A DNA stretch of 64,000 bases from contig CAZDLW010000002.1 of assembly GCA_964505975.1 (NCBI GenBank), positions 2,915 to 66,914 of the forward strand, read 5' to 3'. Source of the stretch: an uncultured Bifidobacteriaceae bacterium (GTDB lineage Bacteria; Acidobacteriota; Vicinamibacteria; Vicinamibacterales; UBA2999). A model generated the notes under the pieces. The model made no database searches. It was not told the origin of the DNA and was given only the letters and a program-made list of their open reading frames with translations. This document shows, in pieces, positions 43,277 through 53,519 of this stretch; the first letter of the stretch is position 1, and the number at the start of each line of letters is the position of its first letter. Both the position numbers and the translations under genes were made by a program.

Positions 43277-45097
43277 TCACTCGACGGGCCTGAGAGGAAT
43301 GTGCGTACCGATGCCGGGCGCATTCTCCATCTGCACGTTGTGTCCTTTCACCGGCGGCAGATCCTGGAACATGAAGTCCCACTTCCACCGCTCCGACGGA
43401 TTCGACGCCTGCAACCAGGTACGCGCTGGAACCGGACGCGCGAACGCGAGTTGATCCGCTTGCGCGTACGGCGTATTGGGCAGAGCCGCGGCGATGGCCC
43501 GCCGCACATCGGTGGAGGTCTGATACGCGAGCGGCAATCCCAACGCCCGCGCCAGGCTCGCCAGAATCTCCCAATCCTCTCGCGCATCGCCAACGGGCGC
43601 GATCGCGCGGGAGGCACCCTGGACCCGGCCCTGATCGTTCGTGTAGGTGCCGTCTTTCTCGACGAACGTGGCTCCAGGGAGCACGATGTCCGCAACCGAC
43701 ACGAGCGGTGTCGTCACCACGCCTTGCGCGATCAGCAGAGGCAGGACGCCGTTCCGGCGGGCCTCGACCAACCATGACACCTCGCCAAGCGAGCCTTCGG
43801 GGCCGGGGTCGATCACGTACACGGCTCTGACCCGTCCCGATTCGACGACGGCCCGGAGGGCCGAGAGATTAGGCTCCCCGCCTTCGTTTCCATCGCCCAC
43901 GGCGTAACCGAGGTCGCGGGCCCCAGTCACATTGGGAGCGTTCGTGGGTGGAATGGAAAACGCCGTCTGAGCGGGCTGAGATTTACTCGAATGGGTCCAA
44001 CCGATCGTGACGACAGCGAGGCCGTCCTGGCCGAGCAGGCCCTGCACGGTCTCCCGGAGCACGAACAGTTCCTCGGTGGCTGCGTGTGCGGAAACCAGGA
44101 ATCGCACCGACCCGGGGTCGGCCGATCCCGCCTCCCGAAGACGATCGCGGAGGATCACTTCGACATCGCGCCACGGCATCGCCTCGAGACGCCCTTCCCG
44201 CCGCAGCATCGGAGCGCGCAGGCGCGTGTCGCCCTCAATCCATCGGTACCCGAACCGGCCGATGTCGCACATCCAGTAGCTGTTGACGTCAGGGTTGAAT
44301 CGTGGGGTGATCCGCACGAGCTGTGAGGCCTTGGCCCACTCGGGTTTGGCCTTCAACCACACACTCGTGTTGCAGCCCTTCGAGCACAGTGTGCAGACGG
44401 TATCCACGACACCCGGGTTGTCCCAGGGACGGCTCTTGAACCGGTAGTCCCGCGTCGTAATGGCGCCGACCGGGCAAACGTCCATGAGGTTGCCCGACAG
44501 CAGCGAGTGCACGCCCTCCTCGCGAAACGTGGCAATCTCGCTCCCGTACCCGCGATCGACGATGTTGATCTGTGCATCACCGTCGATCTCGCGCATGAAA
44601 CGCACGCACCGCGTGCACAGAATGCAACGGTTTCGATTCAGCATCAGGGTGGGCCCGAAATCGACATCGGCTTTCACCCCTTCACCGTCGAACACCCGGC
44701 GTGGAAAGTCCATTCGACTTTCGGCCGGACCGAAGGAATACGAGAAGTCCTGAAGGGGGCATTCGCCACCTTTGTCGCAGACCGGGCAGTCCAAGGGATG
44801 GTTCAACAGGAGGAACTCGAACACGCTCGCGCGCGCCTGCACGACGTCGGGCTCACGCGTCAGTACGACCATGCCGTCGGTGCACACTGTCGAGCAGGAC
44901 GTTTGGAGCTTGGGCATCTTCTCGATCCGGACGATGCAGACTCGACAGGACCCATCGACGCCAAGGCCGGGGTGATAGCAGTAGTAGGGGAGCGAGATAC
45001 CAGCTTCAATGGCTGCCTGCAGCACGGTCTTGCCCTTTGCGACCGTGATCTGCCGACCGTCGATGGTCAGTGGGACCGTTTCCATAGCCGCCATCAT
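43277..45097 (-). CDS. nuoG: NuoG-like NADH dehydrogenase 75-kDa-type subunit (2Fe-2S/4Fe-4S + truncated molybdopterin-oxidoreductase domain)
   Basis: 'PYYCYHPGLGVDGSCRVCIVRIEKMPKLQTSC' is the 2Fe-2S site. 'LLNHPLDCPVCDKGGECPLQD', 'RCILCTRCVRF' and 'VCPVGA' are also present. No other nuo genes are adjacent. Confidence 0.8.
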   Translation of the reverse strand: MMAAMETVPLTIDGRQITVAKGKTVLQAAIEAGISLPYYCYHPGLGVDGSCRVCIVRIEKMPKLQTSCSTVCTDGMVVLTREPDVVQARASVFEFLLLNHPLDCPVCDKGGECPLQDFSYSFGPAESRMDFPRRVFDGEGVKADVDFGPTLMLNRNRCILCTRCVRFMREIDGDAQINIVDRGYGSEIATFREEGVHSLLSGNLMDVCPVGAITTRDYRFKSRPWDNPGVVDTVCTLCSKGCNTSVWLKAKPEWAKASQLVRITPRFNPDVNSYWMCDIGRFGYRWIEGDTRLRAPMLRREGRLEAMPWRDVEVILRDRLREAGSADPGSVRFLVSAHAATEELFVLRETVQGLLGQDGLAVVTIGWTHSSKSQPAQTAFSIPPTNAPNVTGARDLGYAVGDGNEGGEPNLSALRAVVESGRVRAVYVIDPGPEGSLGEVSWLVEARRNGVLPLLIAQGVVTTPLVSVADIVLPGATFVEKDGTYTNDQGRVQGASRAIAPVGDAREDWEILASLARALGLPLAYQTSTDVRRAIAAALPNTPYAQADQLAFARPVPARTWLQASNPSERWKWDFMFQDLPPVKGHNVQMENAPGIGTHIPLRPVE

Positions 45098-45151
45098 ATC
45101 AAGGGGGGAGGGGGGAGGTGGAAGCAGGGGAGGGCGAGGGCGATGCGTCTC

Positions 45152-47830
45152 CTATCGTATCTCCGAGAATTCGCCCAGTGCAGCCGAGTCGTTGTTGACT
45201 TGCACCCGGCGTACCTGCCCTGATGTGGGAATCGACTGCTCGACGACCGACTCGGTGATCTTCACGACGATGTCCTCCGTACGACCGTCGGTGTACGTCA
45301 GCGTGACGGTGACGGGTACGTCGAACACGAGGTCCCCGATCTGGTGGAAGCGCACGTGCACGGCTCCGCTCCCAATGGTCGTGCTGTACCGAAGGCGAGG
45401 GATTCCTGTCCCGTGAATCCAGCGCTCGAAGAACCGGTCGAGCTCGAGACCGGACACGCGTTCGAACGCACGCTGAAGGTCGTCGGTCCCGGCTTTCTGA
45501 TATCGCCGATCTTCATAGAATGCGCGAAGCCCGCTGAAGAACATGTCGTCGCCGACGAGACGACGGAGCATATGGAGCACAGCCGCGCCCTTGTTGTAGA
45601 CGAGGGCCCGGTAGGTGCGGAGATCCTCCTTGATGTGTCCGAGCCGGTACCCCAGATGGACGGGCCCCTGGTCCGACTGCGACAGCGCCCAGCGGCGGAA
45701 CTGCCGGAGCATGTCGTGGAAGACTCGGTCGCCGCGGGTCTCGTGTGCGTAGAGCGCCGCGAAGTACTGCGCGAAGCCCTCGCTGATCCATTGCTCGTGG
45801 TAATTCTTCCAGCCAACCGCCTGCCCCCACCACTGATGGGCGAGTTCGTGCGCCAGAAAGAACTCCGGGAAGTTGTCGAACGCGGCCGGATCGTTTCGCC
45901 AGGTGATGTTGGGATTCGGAATCGGATCGTAGAGCATGACGAAGAAAGCAGGAGCGTGTCCGCCAGGCAGTTCGCTCTCCACGACCGCCACCGTCAACGC
46001 CCGGTACGGCGCCTCCCCCATCAGCCGCGAGTAGAACCGCATGATGTCTTCGGTTGGCTGCACGAGCGACCGCGCCCGCCCCTGCTGCCGGGGGGTCGAC
46101 TCGATCAGGATATCCACCCGGACCGTCTCCGCACCCGTGCCATCTTCGTCGTGCAGCGACACGACAGTCTCGGCTACGCGCACGAACCGGCTCACGATCA
46201 GGGCGAGATACCGCACGGGCTGGTTGGTCCGGAATACGAACGCGTTGCCCTCCGGCAACGTCAGCAGATCGCGAAGGGTGACGGCGTCACTCCCGGTGAC
46301 GGGCTCGCCCGAGGCGACGCAGCCGTAGCCGCGGGGCACGGTGATGCGCATGGTCGCCGTCGCGTAATCGGAGACAGGATTCTGCGGGTACCAGAACGAA
46401 CGGCTGCTGAGCAGATAGTGAGGCTCCAGTCGGGCGGGTGCGAATTCGTTCGGGGGCCGGGGACTGTCCTGCGCCACGGCCAAGGTGTCGATGTCGGCTT
46501 GGTGGGAGGGCAGCTGACCGGAGTAGGTGACGACGAGCGTCACATCCGAGTCCTGCATGGCGGGTCGCGGCAAGTTGACCAGAATCATGTTCTGGTTCCT
46601 GATGCGCAGATGCAGCAGCCGCCCGTACTCGACGCTCGTGACCCCCGACACGGCGAGGGGCTCCGCCAGGCGCAGCAGAATCGTGGAGATCATCGGTGCC
46701 CGGACACGCAGCATCAGCCGCACGCGGCCCTGGAGTAGCTGCCGATCGGGGACGATTGAGGCCTCGATGTTGTAATCGAGGACATCGTAGTCTCGCAGCG
46801 CGTCATCGCTGTAGAAGCGCCCTCGCGCCTCGATCTTCGGCAACGATGCGTACAGAGCAATCGTTCGACGCCGGTCGCGTTGATAGAGGCTGATGTCTTC
46901 CGCCTGCGAGGCAGACAGCGAGTACGTCAGCGTATCGTAACGACGTGTCCGCACCTCGGCGAGGAAGTCCCCGGCGGGGGGCAACAGATGCCAGGGATCG
47001 CGGCTCAGATCCTGCAGGTCGACGTGGAACGACTTCGGCGATTCACGATCGAAGACCTGCTGCGCCTGTCGAATCGACCGCTGATCGGGCGTGGTGGGCG
47101 TCAGGCGTTCAATCGACGTGCGGCGTCGATAGTCGGATGGACCGATGCGTACAAATGCGTGCTCGAACGGCGTGACGAGCGTCTGATTGCCCGAGAAGAT
47201 TCGCAACTGGACCTGCTCGGCTTCGGGCCGCGGCGAGAAGCGCATCTGTCCCCGACCGAGGAGCACGAGCCCGGTGACCCCATCGTCGCTCTCCACGTGA
47301 AACACCGTTCCATCGAGCGTCAGACGCAGATCCTCTGAGGTCAGTTCGAAGTCCCGTGCTTCATACGCCGTAGACGTATTGAGCCGCAGCCGGTGCAACC
47401 CTTCCACCGCGCTCATCCCTTCCATCCGGACAATCCGCCAGGAGTCGGCGTCGCCGTTCGAGGGTCGTTGCACTTCCATGCCGGCCGTCACGATACGCGC
47501 AGTTCCAGAGCGCTCCGCGAACACTTCCACGACAACCTGATAGCCGTCGCCCTCTGGCACTCCCTCGAGCATGGCCCGATCGCGCTCGCGTAGAACCGAT
47601 CGGATGGCGCCCGCGGTGAAGAGCTCGCGCTCGTAACGTTCGAGTTGCTCCTCGGTGACCGCCGAGAACAGGGAGGGAAACGCAGCCCGATCGTCTGCGC
47701 TCAGGATCAACTCGAGGCGGGTCAGGAGGCGCGCGACCGGATCGTCGAGCGCAGTCTGCGCGCCGAGCTGGGCCGCTGGGCCCAGGACGAGGAGAACGCA
47801 CACGACAGATGTGAGTAGTCGCAGAAACAC
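45152..47830 (-). CDS. M1-family zinc metallopeptidase (aminopeptidase N-like), secreted
   Basis: Signal peptide, then 'FLAHELAHQWWGQAVGWKNYHEQWISEGFAQY'. This is the HExxH-(18)-E gluzincin motif. Confidence 0.85.
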   Translation of the reverse strand: MFLRLLTSVVCVLLVLGPAAQLGAQTALDDPVARLLTRLELILSADDRAAFPSLFSAVTEEQLERYERELFTAGAIRSVLRERDRAMLEGVPEGDGYQVVVEVFAERSGTARIVTAGMEVQRPSNGDADSWRIVRMEGMSAVEGLHRLRLNTSTAYEARDFELTSEDLRLTLDGTVFHVESDDGVTGLVLLGRGQMRFSPRPEAEQVQLRIFSGNQTLVTPFEHAFVRIGPSDYRRRTSIERLTPTTPDQRSIRQAQQVFDRESPKSFHVDLQDLSRDPWHLLPPAGDFLAEVRTRRYDTLTYSLSASQAEDISLYQRDRRRTIALYASLPKIEARGRFYSDDALRDYDVLDYNIEASIVPDRQLLQGRVRLMLRVRAPMISTILLRLAEPLAVSGVTSVEYGRLLHLRIRNQNMILVNLPRPAMQDSDVTLVVTYSGQLPSHQADIDTLAVAQDSPRPPNEFAPARLEPHYLLSSRSFWYPQNPVSDYATATMRITVPRGYGCVASGEPVTGSDAVTLRDLLTLPEGNAFVFRTNQPVRYLALIVSRFVRVAETVVSLHDEDGTGAETVRVDILIESTPRQQGRARSLVQPTEDIMRFYSRLMGEAPYRALTVAVVESELPGGHAPAFFVMLYDPIPNPNITWRNDPAAFDNFPEFFLAHELAHQWWGQAVGWKNYHEQWISEGFAQYFAALYAHETRGDRVFHDMLRQFRRWALSQSDQGPVHLGYRLGHIKEDLRTYRALVYNKGAAVLHMLRRLVGDDMFFSGLRAFYEDRRYQKAGTDDLQRAFERVSGLELDRFFERWIHGTGIPRLRYSTTIGSGAVHVRFHQIGDLVFDVPVTVTLTYTDGRTEDIVVKITESVVEQSIPTSGQVRRVQVNNDSAALGEFSEIR

Positions 47831-47897
47831 AGCACTCCGGTCCTGACAAAGTACTACGACGCGGACGGCCTACGTTCGTACTGTCAATTAGACGCGA

Positions 47898-49133
47898 TCA
47901 GGCGAGGGGGGGAAAGGGGGAGCGCCCGGTCCGCTCCCGCGCGCGGTCCCCGGTCAGCAGAGCCAGCTCGCGCCCGATCCTGGCGAAACAGTCCAGTGCG
48001 AACTGGAGCTGCTCACGTGTGTGCGTGGCCGTGACAATCGTGCGGACCCGCGCCTTCCCGCGCGGCACCGTCGGAAAGGCGATGCCCTGGGCGAACACGC
48101 CTTCCTCGAAGAGGCGATCCGACAGCTTCATGGCCAGAGCCTCGTCTCCCACAATCACCGGGGTAATCGGGCTCTCGCTCGCACCCGTGTCGAATCCGAG
48201 CGCCTCGAGGCCGGCCTTGAAGAATCGTGTGTTCTCCCACAGCCGCTCCATCCATTGCGGCTCGGTCTGCAGCACGTCCAGTGCCGCCAGGCAGGCGGCG
48301 GTGACCGAGGGCGGATGGGATGTCGAGAACAGGAATGGCCGAGCGCGGTGGTGCAAGAACTCGATCAGCGAGGTCGATCCAGCCACATAGCCCCCGAGCG
48401 CGCCGAGGGCCTTGGACAGCGTGCCGACCTGGACATCGACGCGACCGTGCAGGCCGAAGTGATCCACGGTGCCGCGCCCATATCTGCCGAAGACTCCGCT
48501 CGCGTGTGCATCGTCCACCATCATGATGCAGCCGAATTCGTCGGCCAGATCACACAGCGCCGGCAGGGCACCGAGGTCGCCGTCCATACTGAACACCCCG
48601 TCGGTGATGATGAGCGCGCGCCGGCTCCGGGGTAGGCCCTCCAGGATTCGGCGTGCGGCATCGACGTCCCGATGGGGAAACACCTTGATTGCGGCCCGGC
48701 TCAGCCGTGCACCGTCGATGATGCTGGCATGATTCAGCTCGTCCGAGATGATGACATCCTCACGCCCCAGCAGGGCGGCGACCGTGCCGGCGTTGGCCGC
48801 AAAGCCGCTCTGAAAGACCACGGCCGCCGGGGTCTGTTTGAACAGCGCCAGACGACGCTCGAGCTCCATGTGAAGGCGCATCGTGCCGGCGATTGGGCGG
48901 ACCGAGGCGGTTCCGACACCCAGTGCCTGAAGCGCCTCCGCTGCGCGCTGACGCAGCATCGGATGCGTGGTCAGTCCCAGGTAGTTGTTCGAGGAAAGGT
49001 TGACGACGGAGTGATGATCGATCGTGGCTGCGGCTGTCTGTTCGCCGTCGAGCACACGGAGCTGGCGAAACAGCCCGTCCTTTCGCAGCAGCGCCAGCTC
49101 GGCATCCAGGTAGGCAAGCGGGTCGTTGCGCAT
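47898..49133 (-). CDS. kbl: Glycine C-acetyltransferase / 2-amino-3-ketobutyrate CoA ligase (alpha-oxoamine synthase family)
   Basis: 'NNYLGL', 'SDELNHASIIDG', 'TDGVFSMDGD', 'VDDAHASG', 'GTLSKALG' (PLP lysine) and 'FPTVPRGKARVRTIVTATHT' are Kbl-like motifs. BioF cannot be excluded by eye. Confidence 0.75.
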   Translation of the reverse strand: MRNDPLAYLDAELALLRKDGLFRQLRVLDGEQTAAATIDHHSVVNLSSNNYLGLTTHPMLRQRAAEALQALGVGTASVRPIAGTMRLHMELERRLALFKQTPAAVVFQSGFAANAGTVAALLGREDVIISDELNHASIIDGARLSRAAIKVFPHRDVDAARRILEGLPRSRRALIITDGVFSMDGDLGALPALCDLADEFGCIMMVDDAHASGVFGRYGRGTVDHFGLHGRVDVQVGTLSKALGALGGYVAGSTSLIEFLHHRARPFLFSTSHPPSVTAACLAALDVLQTEPQWMERLWENTRFFKAGLEALGFDTGASESPITPVIVGDEALAMKLSDRLFEEGVFAQGIAFPTVPRGKARVRTIVTATHTREQLQFALDCFARIGRELALLTGDRARERTGRSPFPPLA

Positions 49134-49154
49134 GGCGCGGGATACGCTGCAAGC

Positions 49155-49823
49155 CTACGACTGCCCGATGACCGGTTCGCGAAATCCAAACACCAGGTAG
49201 GCACGGGCATCGACCGACTCACCGTTCCAACGCGCCGGTTCGAATTGCCACCGGGAGGCGGCTTCGAGTGCGGCCGCGTTGAACCCGGATCCGGACGAAT
49301 ACGCCACGGAAGTCGCCTGCACTTCACCATTGCCCCTCACGAGAACCTCCACGATCACCACACCATCGCCACGTGCACGCGGGGGATACGCCGGCGGCGA
49401 AGTCGTCACGGGCCAGAGCGGCTGTTCGGAGCCAGCCGGGCTTCGTGAAGGCGGTCGTGCACCGAAGGCCGGCGTGTCGTAGAGCATGGCAGGTCGGTAG
49501 ATCGCGGCCACCAGAACCTGCGAGCTCGTCGGAGCCTCGTCGACAGTGGCAGGCGCGAATCGCCAGCTCGAGATGGCGCTGCGGAGCAGGCCGGCGAGCG
49601 GCTCGGTGCCGCGAGTCATCTGGATTGCCGTGACGGTTCCCGAAGGGCCGACGGTCGCGCTCAGCAGGGCTTCCGACCAGCCAACCACCTGCGGTGGAGG
49701 AAGCGGAGCTGGCCCGTCGAGGAGCCGCGCGGGAACGAAGTGAAGAGTGGACTCGAGCAGCGCCAAGCCGAGCACGCCGGCGAGCGCCGGGGCCCTCAGC
49801 GTTCGGCCACGTCGAGGCCGCAT
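49155..49823 (-). CDS. TonB-C-terminal-domain protein with two TonB_C-like units
   Basis: 'PPAYPPRARGDGVVIVEVLVRGNGEVQATSV...AALEAASRWQFEPA' is canonical TonB_C. A weaker upstream copy reads 'GTVTAIQMTRGTEPLAGLLRSAISSWRFAPA'. Start at the internal ATG at 49823, which precedes the TM segment 'LAGVLGLALL'. Confidence 0.6.
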   Translation of the reverse strand: MRPRRGRTLRAPALAGVLGLALLESTLHFVPARLLDGPAPLPPPQVVGWSEALLSATVGPSGTVTAIQMTRGTEPLAGLLRSAISSWRFAPATVDEAPTSSQVLVAAIYRPAMLYDTPAFGARPPSRSPAGSEQPLWPVTTSPPAYPPRARGDGVVIVEVLVRGNGEVQATSVAYSSGSGFNAAALEAASRWQFEPARWNGESVDARAYLVFGFREPVIGQS

Positions 49824-50208
49824 CCATCCGCCGTTGCCTCCGGAGTGAGACGAGGATGGACGGGCGCCCGCTATGAGTCGTGCAGAAGTGGGCTGATCGA
49901 TGACCGGCGGTGGATGCCCAACGCACTGATCCGGCGCCTCGCAGTAGCGCATAATCTCCTCCGCAGCCGGTCGAGGCTCTGATGTTCTCGTCGCGACCGA
50001 GTCCTCGATCGGTCTCCAGCGCTTCTTGCGTGCGTGCGCGCCGGACCGCACTGAGGGACCGGCAACGAGTCCCGGATCCGCGTTTCGCGCCGCAGAGCGG
50101 TCCAGACGTGTGCCTGCGTTGCCTCGCTGAGCGTTTATAGCATGTTCCCCGGCGGTACTGCCTCAGGATCGCCGTTCGAAGGACGTTATCTGCAGAGTAA
50201 GATGAAGC

Positions 50209-51429
50209 ATGACCACCAGGAGCTCTCGACCGATGCCGGTTGCCGACAGGGTCAGCCGGTTCTCCTACGCCATTCGCAACATCGTGGTGGAGGCGAAGGC
50301 GGTCGAGGCTCGCGGTCTTCCCGTGCGCTATCTGAATGTTGGTGACCCGGTCGCGTTCGGGTTCAGCACGCCCGCGCACCTGGTGGACGCGGCGGTCCGG
50401 GCGATGCGAGAGGGACGAAACGGGTACCTTCCGTCTGCAGGAATTCAGTCGGCGCGCGAGGCTGTTGCCGCCAATTCGGCGTCGCGGGGTGTGCCCATCT
50501 CGCCCGACCGTGTGCTCATCACGACAGGCACGTCCGAGGGCATCGAGCTCGCGTTGAGCGCGCTCGTGGACGAAGGAGACGAGGTTCTCGTTCCCTTACC
50601 GACATATCCGCTTTATACGGCCGTGCTCGCGAAGATCGGCGGAGAACCCCGCTATTACCGGACTGACCCGGGTCGGGACTGGCTCCCGGACGTGGACCAC
50701 CTGCGGAGCCTCATTACGAGCCGCACGCGCGCACTGGTGGTGATCGATCCGAACAACCCAACAGGCACCACCTATCCGCCGTCGATCCGGCGGGCCGTCA
50801 TCGAGATTGCCGATCGTCACGACCTGACGATTCTGGCCGACGAAGTGTACGGCGATCTCGTCTTCGAACACCCGGTCCCGCCCCTGGCGACACTCGACCT
50901 GGATGCTCCCATCATCTCCTTTTCCAGCTTGTCCAAGGCGTACCTCGCCCCGGGATGGCGAGCGGGATGGATGGTGGTGGGTTCGACGCCACGGCTGGAT
51001 GACGCGTTGGCCGCAATCCGCAAGCTGGCCGATGGCCGGCTGTGCAGCCCGGGCCCGATGCAGTATGCGATTACAGCGGCTCTGACGGGCGACCGCTCGC
51101 ACCAGGCCGCCTTTCGGGCGGCGCTGGCCGAACGTGCGCGTGTCACCACGCAGATGCTCAATGCGATTCCGGGGATGCAGTGCACGCCACCGCGGGCCGC
51201 ATTCTACGCGATGCCGCGGGTGAGCCTGCCGCCGGGTCAGACGGACGAGGACTACGTTCTTGCGCTACTGCGAGCGACGGGTATCTTGTGCGTGTACGGT
51301 TCCGGGTTCGGGATGTCCCCTGAGGACGGATTTTTCCGGGTCGTGTTCCTGGCGGAACCACGTCAGCTGGCCGAGATCTACCGAGATATTGGAGCATTCA
51401 CCGAGCACTATCTCGAGAGGAATCGGTGA
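50209..51429 (+). CDS. PLP-dependent aminotransferase class I/II (AlaA/AspC-like)
   Basis: 'NVGDP...GY..S.G...RE', 'VVIDPNNPTG', 'ADEVYGDLVF' and 'FSSLSKAYLAPGWRAGW' (PLP lysine) are the typical motifs. Confidence 0.85.
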   Translation: MTTRSSRPMPVADRVSRFSYAIRNIVVEAKAVEARGLPVRYLNVGDPVAFGFSTPAHLVDAAVRAMREGRNGYLPSAGIQSAREAVAANSASRGVPISPDRVLITTGTSEGIELALSALVDEGDEVLVPLPTYPLYTAVLAKIGGEPRYYRTDPGRDWLPDVDHLRSLITSRTRALVVIDPNNPTGTTYPPSIRRAVIEIADRHDLTILADEVYGDLVFEHPVPPLATLDLDAPIISFSSLSKAYLAPGWRAGWMVVGSTPRLDDALAAIRKLADGRLCSPGPMQYAITAALTGDRSHQAAFRAALAERARVTTQMLNAIPGMQCTPPRAAFYAMPRVSLPPGQTDEDYVLALLRATGILCVYGSGFGMSPEDGFFRVVFLAEPRQLAEIYRDIGAFTEHYLERNR

Positions 51430-51603
51430 CTTGCTGAGAAAGATATGCACGCGCGACAATCGCTTCGCCCGATTCGCGGGTCCATTCTCATGGCCGGCAG
51501 GTAATATTTACACGCATGTCGATGCGATCCAGTGGAATGAATTCTGTAAGTTATTGATAGAACAGAACATACTTGATGGCAAGCGCATTGAATTAGCCCA
51601 GGC

Positions 51604-52698
51604 GTGCGACGAATGATGGCTCGAATCCTGACGACCGTGGGAGTGGTCGCGGTATGTGGTGTGGGTCTTCTTGCCGCCCCCCGCGTATGCCTCTCGTGCA
51701 TAGGATCCGTCGAGTGGTCGACGGCGCATCCGGGCTCCGTGATTCGTGAGGCCGCGAGGAGGCTGCAGCCGTCGCCCGCATCCCAGACCGACACGCCCAC
51801 GCCGACGTTCAGGGCGCAGGTGGAAGCGGTGACCGTTGCGGCCTCCGTCCGTGATCGCCGAGGTCGGATTGTCCGCGGCCTCGGGAAGTCGGACTTCCAG
51901 GTCAGGGAGAGCGGAATCAGACGGCACATTCTCGATGTCTACAGCGGCGACGCTCCCATCAGTCTTGGCGTGCTGCTCGACATCAGCGGCAGCATGGGCA
52001 TCGGCGGCAACATGGATCGGGCGCGAGATGCCGTCGCCACGGCCATGAGGAGTCTCCGTGCCGGCGGTGATGAGGCGGCACTCTTTACGTTTGATTCCAT
52101 CCTCGAGGAAGTCGTACCGTTCACGATGGACTTGGATCGTGTTCGGCGAGTGGGTCTCGAGGGGACGCCGTGGGGGAGAACATCGCTCTTCGACGCCACT
52201 GCCCTCACGGCGCGGCGCGTGGCGGAACGGACGAACCGCCATCGCGCGGTGCTCGTCATTACCGACGGTGTCGATACCGGGAGCACGATGACCGCCGTGG
52301 ACGCCGCCAGGGTTGCCAGTTCCATCGATGTCCCCGTGTACTTGCTGGCGGTAGTGCATCCCATCGATCATCGGGGTGGACGCGTCGCGATGCTCCAGAC
52401 CGACGCGGAGACCGCAGACGTGGCGACGCTGGCGGATCTCGTCCGTCTGACCGGTGGCGATCTGCGCGTATCGAGTACCCCAGCGCACACGGCGACGGCG
52501 CTGCGGGATTTGTTTACGGAGCTGCGGTATCAGTATTTGATCACGTTCGAGCCGGGTCTGCGCCTTGGGTGGCACCCGCTCGACATTCGAGGGCCGAAGA
52601 ATCTGGTCGTGCACGCGCGCAGCGGGTACATGGCTGGGCCGTCGCCGCAAGCCGTGAGCGAGCGGCGTCTGCCGAATGCAGTCCAGGGCGGCTCGTGA
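51604..52698 (+). CDS. VWA-domain protein of the 'VWFA-related acidobacterial' type
   Basis: N-terminal 'FRAQVEAVTVAASVRDRRGRIVRGLGKSDFQVRESG' followed by 'LGVLLDISGSMG' (MIDAS DxSxS) and 'VLVITDGVDTGS'. Confidence 0.8.
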   Translation: MRRMMARILTTVGVVAVCGVGLLAAPRVCLSCIGSVEWSTAHPGSVIREAARRLQPSPASQTDTPTPTFRAQVEAVTVAASVRDRRGRIVRGLGKSDFQVRESGIRRHILDVYSGDAPISLGVLLDISGSMGIGGNMDRARDAVATAMRSLRAGGDEAALFTFDSILEEVVPFTMDLDRVRRVGLEGTPWGRTSLFDATALTARRVAERTNRHRAVLVITDGVDTGSTMTAVDAARVASSIDVPVYLLAVVHPIDHRGGRVAMLQTDAETADVATLADLVRLTGGDLRVSSTPAHTATALRDLFTELRYQYLITFEPGLRLGWHPLDIRGPKNLVVHARSGYMAGPSPQAVSERRLPNAVQGGS

Positions 52699-52723
52699 GC
52701 CGCCAGTGAGGAGAGAGGTCATC

Positions 52724-53410
52724 ATGCAAAAGAGCTTGTTCGTCGTGTCGATGCTCGCGCTCACGGTCGCAGTTGCGCCGGCGTGCGCCAGCAAGGGTTT
52801 CGTTCGGACCGAGGTCGGCAACGTGAACGACAAGGTGGATACGTTGGCCGGTACGCTCGAGGACACACAGGAGCGGACGCGCCGCAACGAAGAGCGCATT
52901 GGTCAGGTCGACCAGAAGGCTGAAGCGGCCGGTCAATCCGCCCAGGAGGCGCGCTCAGCTGCCGACAAGGCCCAGGCAGGAGTGAGCCAGGCACAGGCCG
53001 GTGTGAAAGAGGTGGGGGGCCGCGTGGATGAAGTCGTCGCCGCTTCGCGACGCCTGATCTACGAGGTGACCCTCAATGAAGACCAGGGCAACTTCGGATT
53101 CGGCCAGGCCACGCTCCCGGATGATGCCAAAGCGGCGCTCGACCGGCTGGTGGAACGGTTGAAGGCAAATCCGCAGAACATCTGGATCGAGATCGAGGGA
53201 CATACCGACAACGTCGGCCCCCGTGAGCTCAATCAGCGCCTGGGTCTCGAGCGCGCCGAGGCCGTCAAGCGATACCTGTACGAGCAGCACCAGCTGCCGC
53301 TGCACAAGATGAATGTGATCAGCTACGGCCCCGAGAGGCCGGTGGCGCCGAACAACACCCGTGACGGCCGCTCGCAGAACCGCCGTGTGGTCGTGAAAGT
53401 CCTGGCGTAG
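52724..53410 (+). CDS. OmpA-family peptidoglycan-associated lipoprotein with coiled-coil N-terminal region
   Basis: The RBS GAGGAGAGAGG precedes the start. 'VSMLALTVAVAPACAS' is lipobox-like. The OmpA_C domain is 'IEIEGHTDNVGPRELNQRLGLERAEAVKRYL...NRRVVVKV'. Confidence 0.85.
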   Translation: MQKSLFVVSMLALTVAVAPACASKGFVRTEVGNVNDKVDTLAGTLEDTQERTRRNEERIGQVDQKAEAAGQSAQEARSAADKAQAGVSQAQAGVKEVGGRVDEVVAASRRLIYEVTLNEDQGNFGFGQATLPDDAKAALDRLVERLKANPQNIWIEIEGHTDNVGPRELNQRLGLERAEAVKRYLYEQHQLPLHKMNVISYGPERPVAPNNTRDGRSQNRRVVVKVLA

Positions 53411-53493
53411 GAACCTGCGGCCGAGGTTCTTCCTCAGCCGGCAGGGGAGCGCCCGATTCTCTTGCCGGCTCCGTCCGCGTTTAGACCACTGTT

Positions 53494-53519
53494 CCCTCAT
53501 CCGGTTCAGCGGATGAGGG
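53494..53519. terminator. 10-bp perfect hairpin at convergent gene ends
   Basis: CCCTCATCCG-gttcag-CGGATGAGGG. The loop contains the stop codon (53506-53508) of the minus-strand gene. Two further hairpins (53413-53440 and 53441-53475) lie just upstream. Confidence 0.5.
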
